Part shown: piece after piece, positions 19,764 through 29,955 of the stretch
Numbering within the stretch: position 1 is the first letter of the stretch
Layout of the letters: the number at the start of each line of letters is the position of its first letter
Assembly (NCBI GenBank): GCA_018716885.1
Contig: DVJI01000012.1
Span: 175,065 to 239,064, forward strand
DNA from: Candidatus Enterousia intestinigallinarum
GTDB taxonomy: Bacteria; Pseudomonadota; Alphaproteobacteria; Rs-D84
DNA length: 64,000 nt
Direction of reading: 5' to 3'
The notes under the pieces: generated by a model
Seen by the model: the letters and a program-made list of their open reading frames with translations, nothing else
Told to the model about the DNA's origin: nothing
Databases searched by the model: none
Position numbers and translations under genes: made by a program

Positions 19764-19960
19764 TCTAAACCTCCTTTTTTTCATTGCGAATGAAAAAACC
19801 ACCAAAATATTTCAGGTGGTTGGAGGTTCGAAACTATGCAAGATAGTGTTGCTTATTCGATATATTCGCAACCCTCCAACCAAAAGTGGAGGCGATATTT
19901 TATGTCATCTCTGACACTTGCACGGGTTTCGACACCCCATTGATGAAATACTCATCAACG
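19764..19960 (-). ncRNA. c4/CI-like structured leader, copy C
   Basis: Boxes CGAAAC/GTTTCG and TGCAAG/CTTGCA; stem GGTTGGAGG/CCTCCAACC; ACCACC/GGTGGT+T terminator. Confidence 0.65.
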
Positions 19961-20050
19961 TTTTTTATGTTACCACAGGCATCAATTAAATCAACAGCAA
20001 AGTTTTACACTTTGGGCTTTCCAAATAAAAAACCGGGATTTACCCGGTTT

Positions 20051-20614
20051 TTATTCTTCTTCGTCTTCATCATCATCGTCGTCGTCAATGTCAACGGCGT
20101 TCAAGTCAATTTCTTTTGGAACACCCAAAATATCTTCTATCTTTTCGGATGCGGCGTCAATATCAATTTTATGCAAAACGGCAAATTCTTGCGCCATACG
20201 TTCCAAGGCGCGCAAATACAACTGGCGCGCAGAAAACGTCATTGTATCCGTCGCATTACGACGCTGCAGGTCACGTACCACTTCGGCCAACTTCATCGGA
20301 TCGCCAGAATTTATATTTTCTTCATACTGCGCCGCACGTCGCGCCCAAATCATACGCTTGGCACCGGCCTTACCCTTGGCGGATGCGATTGCTTCATCCA
20401 TTTTCTTGATGGATGTCAGTGGTCGCAAACCAGAAATTTCCGCACGTTCCACTGGCACGCGCAATGTCATATGGTTGCGTTCAAAATCAATGACCAGCAT
20501 TTTTATTTTTTGTCCGGAAACGGTCTGTTCTTCCACACGGACAAGTTTTCCAACCCCCTGGGTCGGATACACAACATACTGACCCGTCTTAAAATCTAAT
20601 TTCTTGCTTGGCAT
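20051..20614 (-). CDS. CarD/CdnL family transcriptional regulator
   Basis: FKTGQYVVYP.QGVG, L.VP, GLR.L, W.RR..Y...INSGD..KLAEVVRDL. Confidence 0.92.
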   Translation of the reverse strand: MPSKKLDFKTGQYVVYPTQGVGKLVRVEEQTVSGQKIKMLVIDFERNHMTLRVPVERAEISGLRPLTSIKKMDEAIASAKGKAGAKRMIWARRAAQYEENINSGDPMKLAEVVRDLQRRNATDTMTFSARQLYLRALERMAQEFAVLHKIDIDAASEKIEDILGVPKEIDLNAVDIDDDDDDEDEEE

Positions 20615-20741
20615 AATTCGGATACCCTTTTACGGTTGCCATTCTCTCTGTCCCACTTATTATAGCACAAAAAACGCAAAAAACAAATACCGCACACAAA
20701 AATAAAACTGCCCCCAAAATGGGGGCATTTATTCACATAAT

Positions 20742-21302
20742 TTACGGAATTACACGTCGCAGCGACCCAGATGTACGGCGCACACTGGATCCACGCCCAC
20801 CGGTTGTCGTTCCCGTGGAAACCGCACACACCCATTCACCATTTTGGACAACGGCGGTCTGGCCGTCCGGGCAATCCGGCTTCCCCAGATTCCAGGCAAA
20901 GCAACTGCCCCGCTGATACGATGAATACGTGGCATTATCCGCCCCGCCATACGTATATGCGCCATATTCGGGATTCCAATATCCCTCTGGCTGGCCACTG
21001 CACCATTTGCGGTCACCAAAGCATTCTATGCAATTTCCATTTGCGTCACACAATTCCATTGGATACGCGGTTGTTTTATATCCAGTATTGGCACGATCAC
21101 CACTGCCCATCGTTTTACCAGTTTCCAAATCGCGACACCATAACTTTTGGCATTCCATTGCATCAATACCGTCAATATCACTGTGTGATACCAATATATA
21201 TCCCGGTCCACAGGAAAAATCCGAATTTGACGTGGCAGCATATGCGCCCGCAAAAATCGTAAAATTTGCAAACAGTATGGAAAATAAGATACGTTTCATC
21301 AT
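20742..21302 (-). CDS. hypothetical Cys-rich secreted protein
   Basis: Signal peptide, about 10 Cys, Arg/Ser-rich tail. Confidence 0.75.
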   Translation of the reverse strand: MMKRILFSILFANFTIFAGAYAATSNSDFSCGPGYILVSHSDIDGIDAMECQKLWCRDLETGKTMGSGDRANTGYKTTAYPMELCDANGNCIECFGDRKWCSGQPEGYWNPEYGAYTYGGADNATYSSYQRGSCFAWNLGKPDCPDGQTAVVQNGEWVCAVSTGTTTGGRGSSVRRTSGSLRRVIP

Positions 21303-21363
21303 CTACAATTCTCTTTTGTATTTATTTTACACGTTTTTCATAACTTTTGCAAACACCTTTTAA

Positions 21364-21795
21364 TTACTGTCCCAACCCCGCGGGTGAAAAGCGCCCGACA
21401 TTGTTGAACAATTCCTGGATGGCGTTCAATTCGATTGCGGCCGGTATAGGCGTTTCATCTTCGGAAATCATAACATCAGGCAAATCGGCATCATACAGAA
21501 CCTTGATATCCGTGACCTTGTTTCCGTTCACCCACGCCAACAAAACCGTCTTGTTATCATACGTCAATGGCAACGGCCCGCGATAGTTTTCATCCGCGCC
21601 ATAGTAAATCCAAACTTCATCCCCATATATGGTTTTAACCTGGGGCGAACCGATTTCACGTGTCAACTGCGCGGTTGTTTTAATATCCGCAACAACCGCA
21701 TCCAAATCAGGCGGAAAAACATAGCCACGGTGTTTAACCTGGAACGTGCACGCCCCCAACATCACCACGCTCAAAATCAACAATAATTTTTTCAT
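21364..21795 (-). CDS. bamE: outer membrane assembly lipoprotein BamE (SmpA/OmlA)
   Basis: Lipobox LGAC, HRGYV, IGSP...W.Y pattern. Confidence 0.75.
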   Translation of the reverse strand: MKKLLLILSVVMLGACTFQVKHRGYVFPPDLDAVVADIKTTAQLTREIGSPQVKTIYGDEVWIYYGADENYRGPLPLTYDNKTVLLAWVNGNKVTDIKVLYDADLPDVMISEDETPIPAAIELNAIQELFNNVGRFSPAGLGQ

Positions 21796-21881
21796 ATTCC
21801 AAATGTACACTAAACCGCGCCCCACACGCAACAAAAAATTATTCATCACATTGCCAAAAAACGGGACAAAAGTCCCGTTTT

Positions 21882-24800
21882 TTATCCTTCGCCGTTTTCT
21901 TTGACCGCGGGCGAATTCATCATCGCAAAGTGTGCAATATACTTTTTCAATTCACTGCGATAATGATTGTTTTCCTTGGCCATTTCAACCAGACGATCAA
22001 AATGCGGATTTGCCGCACGCGCCGCACCAAAACGACTTTCCGTTTTCAGGAAATCTTCCAACGGTGTTGTTGCGTCAACGTTTGAATCCATCGTCAGCGG
22101 ACTGTGCCCGTCGATAATCAATGACGGATCAAACCGATACAACGGCCACGCACCCGTGCTGACCATTTGCATCTGGTGTTCAACACCGTTTTGCAGTGCA
22201 AACCCGTGTGCAATACACGGCGCATACGCCAATATGATTGACGGACCCGGAAATGCGGCCGCTTCACGAAATGCGCGGATTGCCTGGGGCTGATTCGCGC
22301 CCAACGCGATTTGCGCGACATATGCACCGGACATCATCGCAATCATACCCAAATCCTTTTTGGCGTGTTCTTTACCGCCAATCGCAAATTTCATACTGGC
22401 GCCGAACGGGGTCGCCTTGGACTGCTGGCCACCGGTGTTGGAATATCCCTCGGTATCCAGAACCAGGATATTCACATTTTCGCCGCTGTGCAGTATGTGA
22501 TCCAAACCGCCATATCCGATATCGTACGCCCAACCGTCACCGCCGATTATCCATACGACTTTGTCAACGATTTCACCGATTAAACTGCGCGCCATTGCCG
22601 CACGCGGTGAATCGATTTTTTCCAACTGCGCACGCAGTGATGTTTCGATTTCGCGCTGCTTATCCGGATTACGTTCCGCGAACATTTCTTCTACATTAGG
22701 AATATTCATCTCGAACAGCAACCCTTTCAACGTGTCGCGTTTCTGATTCAGCGCAATACGCATCCCCAGACCATATTCGGCATTATCTTCGAACAGCGAA
22801 TTTGACCACGCTGGCCCACGACCATTTGCATCCGCCGTCCACGGCGTTGTCGGCAGATTCGCCCCATAAATGGACGAACATCCCGTCGCGTTCGCCACAA
22901 CCATACGGTCGCCAAACAGGTGCGCCATCATTTTTATATACGGCGTTTCGCCACATCCCGCGCACGCACCCGGAAATTCAAAATAATGCGGCAGCAATTC
23001 CACGTGCTTTGGAATATTCAGATTCAGTTTTTCACGCGGGATATCCGGAATTTTCTGTGCGGCATCAAAACGTTTCTGTTGATCGCCGGAATCTTTCAAT
23101 GCAATCATAGACAACGCCTGAACCGGACAGTTTTTCACACAAACACTGCAACCCGTACAATCAGCTGGCGAAATGTTCAGTGTATAATACATATCGGGTC
23201 CCAGTTCCGGCGTTTTCATCGGAACGACTATCACACCGTCTGCACGGGCACGTTCGGCCTGGTCCGCGGTCATCGCCTTGATACGAATCGCCGCGTGCGG
23301 ACACAAAGTTGAACACTTTCCACACTGAATACATTTTTCTAAATCTACGGACGCAATGCGTTCGGAAATCGCGCGCTTTTCATACTTGGCGGTTCCGACC
23401 GGGTACTGCCCCGCCCCAAATTCACCGTCAACACGAAAACGAGATACCGGAATCGCATCGCCACGCTGCGCCGCCATTTCACCCAATGTACCGGCAATTT
23501 CCACCGGCGCATCAGCCGTCATCGCAGGCACAAAATCAGGCGCAAAATTAGACACAGACGACGGCAACGTGTACTCGTGCAAATAGTCCGCCGCTTTATC
23601 CACCGCGGCCCAGTTTGCCTGGACGACATCCATACCTTTCTTTTTATATGTTTTTTCGATTGCAACCTTGGCACTTTTTGCGGCGACATCCGGGTCAATA
23701 ACACGTGTCAGGTTAAAGAAGTTCAACATAATGAACGTATTGATTCGGTTGCCCAGTCCCAATTCTGCCGCCGCCGCATTTGCGTTCAAAAAGAACACAC
23801 GCGCGCGCATACGAATTAAATGTTCCTGTGCGTCGCGTGGCAGATTTGCAAACGCCACATCTGGTGCCATAGACGTATTTATCATCACCGTTCCGCCCGG
23901 ACGCAGACCTTTGAACACATCAAAACGCTGGGCAATCATAAAGTTCGAAACACTAATAAAATCCGCAACCTCTATCAAATACTGGCTTTGAATTGGCTTG
24001 TCAGAAAATCTGATATGCGACGCGGTCAGTCCACCAGATTTTTTGGAATCGTACACGGCGTATGACTGCGGATACAGGTCGGAATTTTCACCAACAATTT
24101 TTACAATATTTTTAACCGCACCAACCGTTCCGTCGGAACCGATACCATACAAAATTGCCGTTTTGAAATTCGAATCTTGAACAGCAAAAGCCGGATCTGT
24201 TTTCAATGACAAGCCCGTCAAATCATCTTCTATGCCGACGGTAAAGTTATGATGCAATGTTCCGCGCATCAGGTTTTCGTACACGGCCTTGACATCGCGG
24301 GGTTTGAATTCCTTGGACCCCAGGCCATAGCGTCCACCAAACACCTCTGCACTGTCGCCAACAACGGTTTTAACATCCTGGTACAGCGGTTCACCCAAAC
24401 TGCCTGGTTCCTTGCATCTGTCCAAAACAGCGATACGCTTTACCGACTTTGGCAACGCCGCCAAAAACGCATCACGCGGGAACGGACGATACAGATGAAC
24501 CTTTACCAATCCCAGCCCCGCCGGCAGATGTGCCATTGTTTCTTCGATTGTTTCACAGGCGCTGCCCATTGCGACAATAACATTTTCTGCATTTTTATCG
24601 CCGACATAGTCAACCAAGTGATACTGACGCCCAGTCAGTTTGGCGAATTTATCCATACATTCTTGGACAATTTCCGGCGTTTTTGCATACAGCGGGTTTG
24701 CGGCTTCACGTCCCTGAAAGAAAACGTCCGGATTTTGAGCAGTACCACGAACGGTCGGCTTGTCCGGTGTCATACCACGCGCGCGGTTTTCCAAAACCAG

Positions 24801-25388
24801 CGCATCAGGAATCATTTCACGTAACACATCGTCGTCAATTCTTTCCAAACGGGATTCTTCGTGACTTGTGCGGAATCCGTCAAAGAAATGCAGGAACGGC
24901 ACGCGTGCGCGCAATGTCGCCGCGTGCGCAATCGCCGCCATATCGTGTGCCTGTTGCACATTGTGACTGGACAACAATGCAAAACCAGTTGAACGCACGG
25001 ACATCACGTCACTGTGATCGCCAAAAATAGACAACGCGTGTGTTGCCAGCGCACGTGCCGCCACGTGCATAACAAACGGCGTCTGTTCACCCGCAATCTT
25101 GTACATATTTGGAATCATCAATAATAATCCCTGGGACGCGGTGAACGTTGTCGCCAACGATCCCATTTGCAACGCCCCGTGCATAGCACCCGCGGCGCCA
25201 CCTTCGGATTGCATTTCAATAATCTGTGGGATTGCGCCCCAAATGTTCTTTTTATGCTGAAACGACCATTCGTCTGCCAATTCACCCATAGTACTGCTGG
25301 GGGTAATCGGATAAATAGCCGCAAAATCAACGCATCTGTACGCGACATCTGCCGCAGCCCAGTTGCCATCAACAATTAAATTTGCCAT
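21882..25388 (-). CDS. nifJ: pyruvate:ferredoxin (flavodoxin) oxidoreductase
   Basis: YPITPS, MQSEGGAAG, two 4Fe-4S CxxCxxC motifs, GACAGCGE, GGDGWAYDIG. Confidence 0.98.
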   Translation of the reverse strand: MANLIVDGNWAAADVAYRCVDFAAIYPITPSSTMGELADEWSFQHKKNIWGAIPQIIEMQSEGGAAGAMHGALQMGSLATTFTASQGLLLMIPNMYKIAGEQTPFVMHVAARALATHALSIFGDHSDVMSVRSTGFALLSSHNVQQAHDMAAIAHAATLRARVPFLHFFDGFRTSHEESRLERIDDDVLREMIPDALVLENRARGMTPDKPTVRGTAQNPDVFFQGREAANPLYAKTPEIVQECMDKFAKLTGRQYHLVDYVGDKNAENVIVAMGSACETIEETMAHLPAGLGLVKVHLYRPFPRDAFLAALPKSVKRIAVLDRCKEPGSLGEPLYQDVKTVVGDSAEVFGGRYGLGSKEFKPRDVKAVYENLMRGTLHHNFTVGIEDDLTGLSLKTDPAFAVQDSNFKTAILYGIGSDGTVGAVKNIVKIVGENSDLYPQSYAVYDSKKSGGLTASHIRFSDKPIQSQYLIEVADFISVSNFMIAQRFDVFKGLRPGGTVMINTSMAPDVAFANLPRDAQEHLIRMRARVFFLNANAAAAELGLGNRINTFIMLNFFNLTRVIDPDVAAKSAKVAIEKTYKKKGMDVVQANWAAVDKAADYLHEYTLPSSVSNFAPDFVPAMTADAPVEIAGTLGEMAAQRGDAIPVSRFRVDGEFGAGQYPVGTAKYEKRAISERIASVDLEKCIQCGKCSTLCPHAAIRIKAMTADQAERARADGVIVVPMKTPELGPDMYYTLNISPADCTGCSVCVKNCPVQALSMIALKDSGDQQKRFDAAQKIPDIPREKLNLNIPKHVELLPHYFEFPGACAGCGETPYIKMMAHLFGDRMVVANATGCSSIYGANLPTTPWTADANGRGPAWSNSLFEDNAEYGLGMRIALNQKRDTLKGLLFEMNIPNVEEMFAERNPDKQREIETSLRAQLEKIDSPRAAMARSLIGEIVDKVVWIIGGDGWAYDIGYGGLDHILHSGENVNILVLDTEGYSNTGGQQSKATPFGASMKFAIGGKEHAKKDLGMIAMMSGAYVAQIALGANQPQAIRAFREAAAFPGPSIILAYAPCIAHGFALQNGVEHQMQMVSTGAWPLYRFDPSLIIDGHSPLTMDSNVDATTPLEDFLKTESRFGAARAANPHFDRLVEMAKENNHYRSELKKYIAHFAMMNSPAVKENGEG

Positions 25389-25503
25389 TTCTTTATTCCC
25401 TTAAAAAAATCATACGGGCTATATGATACCCCGAAATTTATCACAAGGCAAGATTTATCAAAATTCTTGACAAAACAAGAAACGGGGCAACGCCCCGTTA
25501 TTT

Positions 25504-26940
25504 TTATTTTTTATCGGATTTTTCAGAATCTGATTTTTCCGAATCTGCCGCTTCCCCTTCTGCGGCCGCGGCATCCTGGGCGGCCAGCTCTTCGGCTGTG
25601 GCGGGGACAAATGATTCGCGCGCCTGTAATTTTGACATTGCGCGTACCATATCCATTGCACGCTGTAACTGATAATCCAGCGCGTCTTTTTCCGCATCAG
25701 TCAATTCATCGGCTTCGTCATCGGAATCTTTTTTAGATTTCTTTTCTGCCTCTTCATTTTTCAGGGCGTTTTTGAACGACGCTTCGGAATATAAACTTTC
25801 ACGACGTTCCAGAACCTCGACCTTGCTCTGCAAGACTTCTATATCCGGTGTAATGCCTTCGTTCTGAATAGAACGTCCGGACGGGGTATAATAACGTGCA
25901 ATCGTTATATGAATTGCGGTTCCGTCCCCCAATGGCTTTTGCTGTTGCACGCTGCCCTTGCCGAACGATTGCGACCCCATAACCAACGCGCGCCCATTAT
26001 CCTGTAACGCGCCGGCCACAATTTCGGATGCCGACGCCGACCCGTGATTTATCAGAACGACAACCGGCTTGCCATTGGCCAAATCACCCGGCTTTGCAAA
26101 GTTGCGTTCTATATCCGTTTTGCGCTTGCCACGGGTGGAAACTATTTCGCCCGCATCCAAAAACGCATCAGACACGTCAATCGCCGCGGTCAGGTATCCG
26201 CCCGGATTATTGCGCACATCCAGAACATATCCGATAACGTCCTTTTTCTCTAATTTTTCCAATGCCTTGTTCAATTCTTTGGCCGTTGTTGCGCCAAAGT
26301 CGGAAATACGGATATATCCGATTTTGTCCGCATCTTCATCTTCTTCCATACCGGCCAATTTCTTTTCTTCATATTTTACAGATTCAACTTTTATAACTGC
26401 ACGTTTCAGGGTTATTGTACGCGGTTCTTCACCTTCGGACAAGACAGTCAGTTTTACTTTTGTTCCCGGACGCCCCTTCATTTTCTTTGTCGCCTGGTTC
26501 AGCGTCATATCAAACACCGGCTCATCATCTATATGGGTAATGTAATCACCGGCCTTGATTCCCGCCTTTTCCGCGGGGGTATCGTCAATTGGTGAAATAA
26601 CGCGCACGGCGCCACGATCACTGGTAATCTGAATGCCCAGTCCACCAAATTCACCCAGTGATTTATCATTAAATTCCTTGAAATCATCGGCCGACAGATA
26701 TGACGAGTGCGGATCCAACGCCTGCAGCATACCGTTCATTGCGGCTTCCAACATCTTTTTTTCATCGGCTTCTTCTACGAAATTATCACGCGCCACTTCA
26801 AACACCAAGGCCAGCTTTTTCAACTGTTCATAAATCTGTTCATCTGTCAGATGTTCAACAGGTTCATCCTTTGTTTTATCCGCGCCGAACGCCATTATCG
26901 GCGTAATCAATGCCGCCAAAACCAACAATCTTTTCAGCAT
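25504..26940 (-). CDS. S41 family carboxy-terminal processing protease
   Basis: LDPHS, PDZ GLGI, DVRNNPGG, SASASEIVAGALQD, GKGSVQ. Confidence 0.95.
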   Translation of the reverse strand: MLKRLLVLAALITPIMAFGADKTKDEPVEHLTDEQIYEQLKKLALVFEVARDNFVEEADEKKMLEAAMNGMLQALDPHSSYLSADDFKEFNDKSLGEFGGLGIQITSDRGAVRVISPIDDTPAEKAGIKAGDYITHIDDEPVFDMTLNQATKKMKGRPGTKVKLTVLSEGEEPRTITLKRAVIKVESVKYEEKKLAGMEEDEDADKIGYIRISDFGATTAKELNKALEKLEKKDVIGYVLDVRNNPGGYLTAAIDVSDAFLDAGEIVSTRGKRKTDIERNFAKPGDLANGKPVVVLINHGSASASEIVAGALQDNGRALVMGSQSFGKGSVQQQKPLGDGTAIHITIARYYTPSGRSIQNEGITPDIEVLQSKVEVLERRESLYSEASFKNALKNEEAEKKSKKDSDDEADELTDAEKDALDYQLQRAMDMVRAMSKLQARESFVPATAEELAAQDAAAAEGEAADSEKSDSEKSDKK

Positions 26941-27111
26941 TATTTTTTCCTTTCGTAAAAATATTAAAAATTCGTTTGAAATAACCATAGAACAAAAACC
27001 CACACCCCGCAAGCCCGTTTTTATATAATAAAGACATAAAATTAGCAAAAAATCTTGACAAATTTATTTTAAGGGTTATATTTATATCAAGGGTAAATAG
27101 CAGATAAACAA

Positions 27112-27837
27112 ATGACAAAGACACCGAAGTTCAAAAAGCAGATTGAAGAAAATCGTAAAACGATATCCAAGATGTTATCGGGTGCCGATACTGTCAAACG
27201 CCTGAATAATCTGAATTGGATTCGTCACGAAATTTCGTACACAGAACCCAGAACGCTGTTCTATATTCCCAACCGGGAACAACAGCCATACCTGGACTAT
27301 AATTCAATGAAAAACCTGGGCGAAGCATATGATTATATCGTCGCAAACCCTAAAAAAATCATTGATATTACAGAAATCTGCAAAATTCACAGTACGTTGT
27401 GCACCGGAACACATATTCAGGGTGGTCTGTTTCGCACATCACCAAAGATAATTGAAATCACGGTCAACGGTCATCGCCTGCACGCGCCTGACGCGTCACA
27501 GATTTTGCCAAAAATGAACGAGATTGTTTTCAAATTAAACAACACCGACACTTGTCCACTGCATCGCGCATTTGGCATACATTATGATTTGATTACTTTA
27601 CAACCGTTTGACGATTTCAACAAACGCACGGCGCGCCTGATTATGAATTGGGTTCTGATTCAAAACGGATATCGCCCCATTGTTTTCAACCAACGCACCG
27701 ACAAACAAAAATACAAAGACGCGATTACAGCATACGCGAGCGGCAAACCAAAGGAATATATTTCCTATATGTCGTCCTGTCTGGTTCGCACACAGCGGGA
27801 AATAATATCGCTGCTGCAAAATTCAAAAATGTTATAG
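27112..27837 (+). CDS. Fic/Doc family protein with non-canonical motif
   Basis: QPFDDFNKRTARL in place of HPFxDGNGRxxR; IH...G.FR upstream. Confidence 0.8.
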   Translation: MTKTPKFKKQIEENRKTISKMLSGADTVKRLNNLNWIRHEISYTEPRTLFYIPNREQQPYLDYNSMKNLGEAYDYIVANPKKIIDITEICKIHSTLCTGTHIQGGLFRTSPKIIEITVNGHRLHAPDASQILPKMNEIVFKLNNTDTCPLHRAFGIHYDLITLQPFDDFNKRTARLIMNWVLIQNGYRPIVFNQRTDKQKYKDAITAYASGKPKEYISYMSSCLVRTQREIISLLQNSKML

Positions 27838-27848
27838 GGACTGTGACA

Positions 27849-28775
27849 ATGGCGGATTTGATAAAAAATCTTAAAAATCACGGTCGCGAAACATACGCGG
27901 TGTACTATGGCGATGAATTTGTATTGAAACGCCCGCTGCCGACTTTTAACGATGCTGCAAAAAATGCGTGGCTGGCAAAACAGCACAAAACGAAATCCAT
28001 AATTGATGATATTCGTGCCATTGATAATCCCGTGTACAACGTTCCGGCAATGAAGTTCATAAATGATGACGAATACCAGATTCTGGAAGAACGCGCCCCT
28101 GGCGAACCGTTGACTGCCGAATTGTATAATAAGTTGTCCAAACGCCAACAATTTGAAATTATAAACAGCATTGCCAATTTTCTGGTCGATATGAACGAAT
28201 TACGCCCAATTGGCGACCTGAAACTTCACAAAATTCAATACGAATTAAAATTTTCACGTCTGGATAAGTTCATAGACACAAAAATGCCAATTTGGTTCAC
28301 CAAGGCCGAAGTAAAACAAATGTCGCGTATTCGTGACGAAATCGGCACATTTGAATACGAAACACGCCAGGCCTGGTCACACGGCGATTTGAACCCTGGC
28401 AACGTTTTATATGACCCGTCTTCCAGTAAAATATCTTTCATTGATTTTGCCGAAGCAGATTACAAATATATCTATCGCGACATATTTGCCCCGCTGCAGA
28501 TAGAATTAGACATATACAAACGCGTATATGAAACTTATTGCCAGTTACATAACAAAAACTTATACACGATGCCCAGCATAAAGAACGAAAACCTGCGCGA
28601 AATTATGAAATATCGCATTATGGTGGTATGGTTGCGCCGCTTTATCAAGGCGGCTGACGACCTGCGCGTTACACCCGCCAGTCAAAAAAGCGCCAACAAT
28701 AATATGGAAAAGATATTCTTTATGCGCCGCCAGATGCAAAACTTTACTAATCTGGAAAAACAATTCTCAAAATAA
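27849..28775 (+). CDS. aminoglycoside phosphotransferase/kinase-like protein
   Basis: FVLKRP, HGDLNPGNVL, IDF motifs. Confidence 0.85.
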   Translation: MADLIKNLKNHGRETYAVYYGDEFVLKRPLPTFNDAAKNAWLAKQHKTKSIIDDIRAIDNPVYNVPAMKFINDDEYQILEERAPGEPLTAELYNKLSKRQQFEIINSIANFLVDMNELRPIGDLKLHKIQYELKFSRLDKFIDTKMPIWFTKAEVKQMSRIRDEIGTFEYETRQAWSHGDLNPGNVLYDPSSSKISFIDFAEADYKYIYRDIFAPLQIELDIYKRVYETYCQLHNKNLYTMPSIKNENLREIMKYRIMVVWLRRFIKAADDLRVTPASQKSANNNMEKIFFMRRQMQNFTNLEKQFSK

Positions 28776-28778
28776 GTT

Positions 28779-29879
28779 TTAGTCGTCTTCACGGAACAAA
28801 CGAGCCGGATCAACGGCTTTATCACCGCGTCTGACTTCCAAATACATTTCCGGTTTGTCCGAATCCATACGTCCAATGGGTTCGCCAGCCAAAACTTCCT
28901 GCCCCAGCATAACATTTATTTCACCCAGGTTGGTCATAACCGTGTTATACCCGTTTTTGTGGGACATAATAACAACCTTGCCAAATCCCTTGAAATTATC
29001 AGCAAATTTTACAGTACCGTCCGCCGGTGCCATAACCAATGCATTTCCACGAACACGAATATGCCATCCGTCGGACTTTAATCCCAGTGCTGTTTGTTCG
29101 GCAAAATGAACAACGACATTTCCACGAACCGGTTTGTTTAACTTGCGAATAGAAAAACGCGAATCAGACGACATTTCTGAACTCCCCACGCCGGCGGATA
29201 ATTCTGATATTGTTTTAGCGCGCGCCGACAGTTCGCGCAATTTTTTCTGTAATGCGGATTGCTGTGTACGCAATTTTTGATTCTGGGCAGAACGGGTACG
29301 CAATAACTTATCCAATTCATCTTTTTCATCGGCGTAACGCTTTGCGGTTCTGTCCAACTTTTCTTTTTCTATTGCGCGTTCTTCACGTATTTTAGCCAAC
29401 TGGTTTATTTGTTCAGTTGCAGTTTGAATTTCCGCATCAAAAGAATCCGCCGCCCCAGACAAAATCGCAGACGTCAAAACATATTCACGCATATTTTCAG
29501 AATCAAAACTGGGGTGCGACGCAACAAATAAAATAGTCGACGCAGCATCGGCAATTCGTTCCTGGTTTTTCTGTAATTCTTTTTCCAGTTTATCGCGTTG
29601 CGCGTCCAGTTCCCTAATTTTTTTTGCAACGGCGCCACGTTGTTCTTCCAACGTGCTGACCCGGTCAGCCGCACGAACCAGTTTCTTTTTTGTGGATTCA
29701 ACTTCTTTATTTGATGAATCCACCTGTTGCGCCAGTTTTTTATTCTGCTGTTCTGTTTTTTTTATCTGTGCCTGGATATTAGCCAACTCGCTGGCGGCAT
29801 AAGACGGCGTCGCGGGCGCACACAGCACAACCGCCCAGATACAAAATATCCGTCCAAAAATATGCAACCAACCTTTCAT
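28779..29879 (-). CDS. murein hydrolase activator EnvC-like (coiled coil + degenerate M23)
   Basis: Long coiled coil; APADG.V.FA..F.GFG.VVI..H, LYLEVR-like C-terminus. Confidence 0.85.
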   Translation of the reverse strand: MKGWLHIFGRIFCIWAVVLCAPATPSYAASELANIQAQIKKTEQQNKKLAQQVDSSNKEVESTKKKLVRAADRVSTLEEQRGAVAKKIRELDAQRDKLEKELQKNQERIADAASTILFVASHPSFDSENMREYVLTSAILSGAADSFDAEIQTATEQINQLAKIREERAIEKEKLDRTAKRYADEKDELDKLLRTRSAQNQKLRTQQSALQKKLRELSARAKTISELSAGVGSSEMSSDSRFSIRKLNKPVRGNVVVHFAEQTALGLKSDGWHIRVRGNALVMAPADGTVKFADNFKGFGKVVIMSHKNGYNTVMTNLGEINVMLGQEVLAGEPIGRMDSDKPEMYLEVRRGDKAVDPARLFREDD

Positions 29880-29955
29880 TTTAATATTATTGTAGCAAAA
29901 TTGCCTATAATTGCAAACGCCTTAAAAATAAAAAAACGGGCACAATGCCCGTTTG

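Noticed and set aside
13334-19805. Diversity-generating retroelement TR/VR pair explaining the paralogous Cys-rich genes
   Set aside because: No reverse transcriptase in the window and the differences are not adenine-restricted
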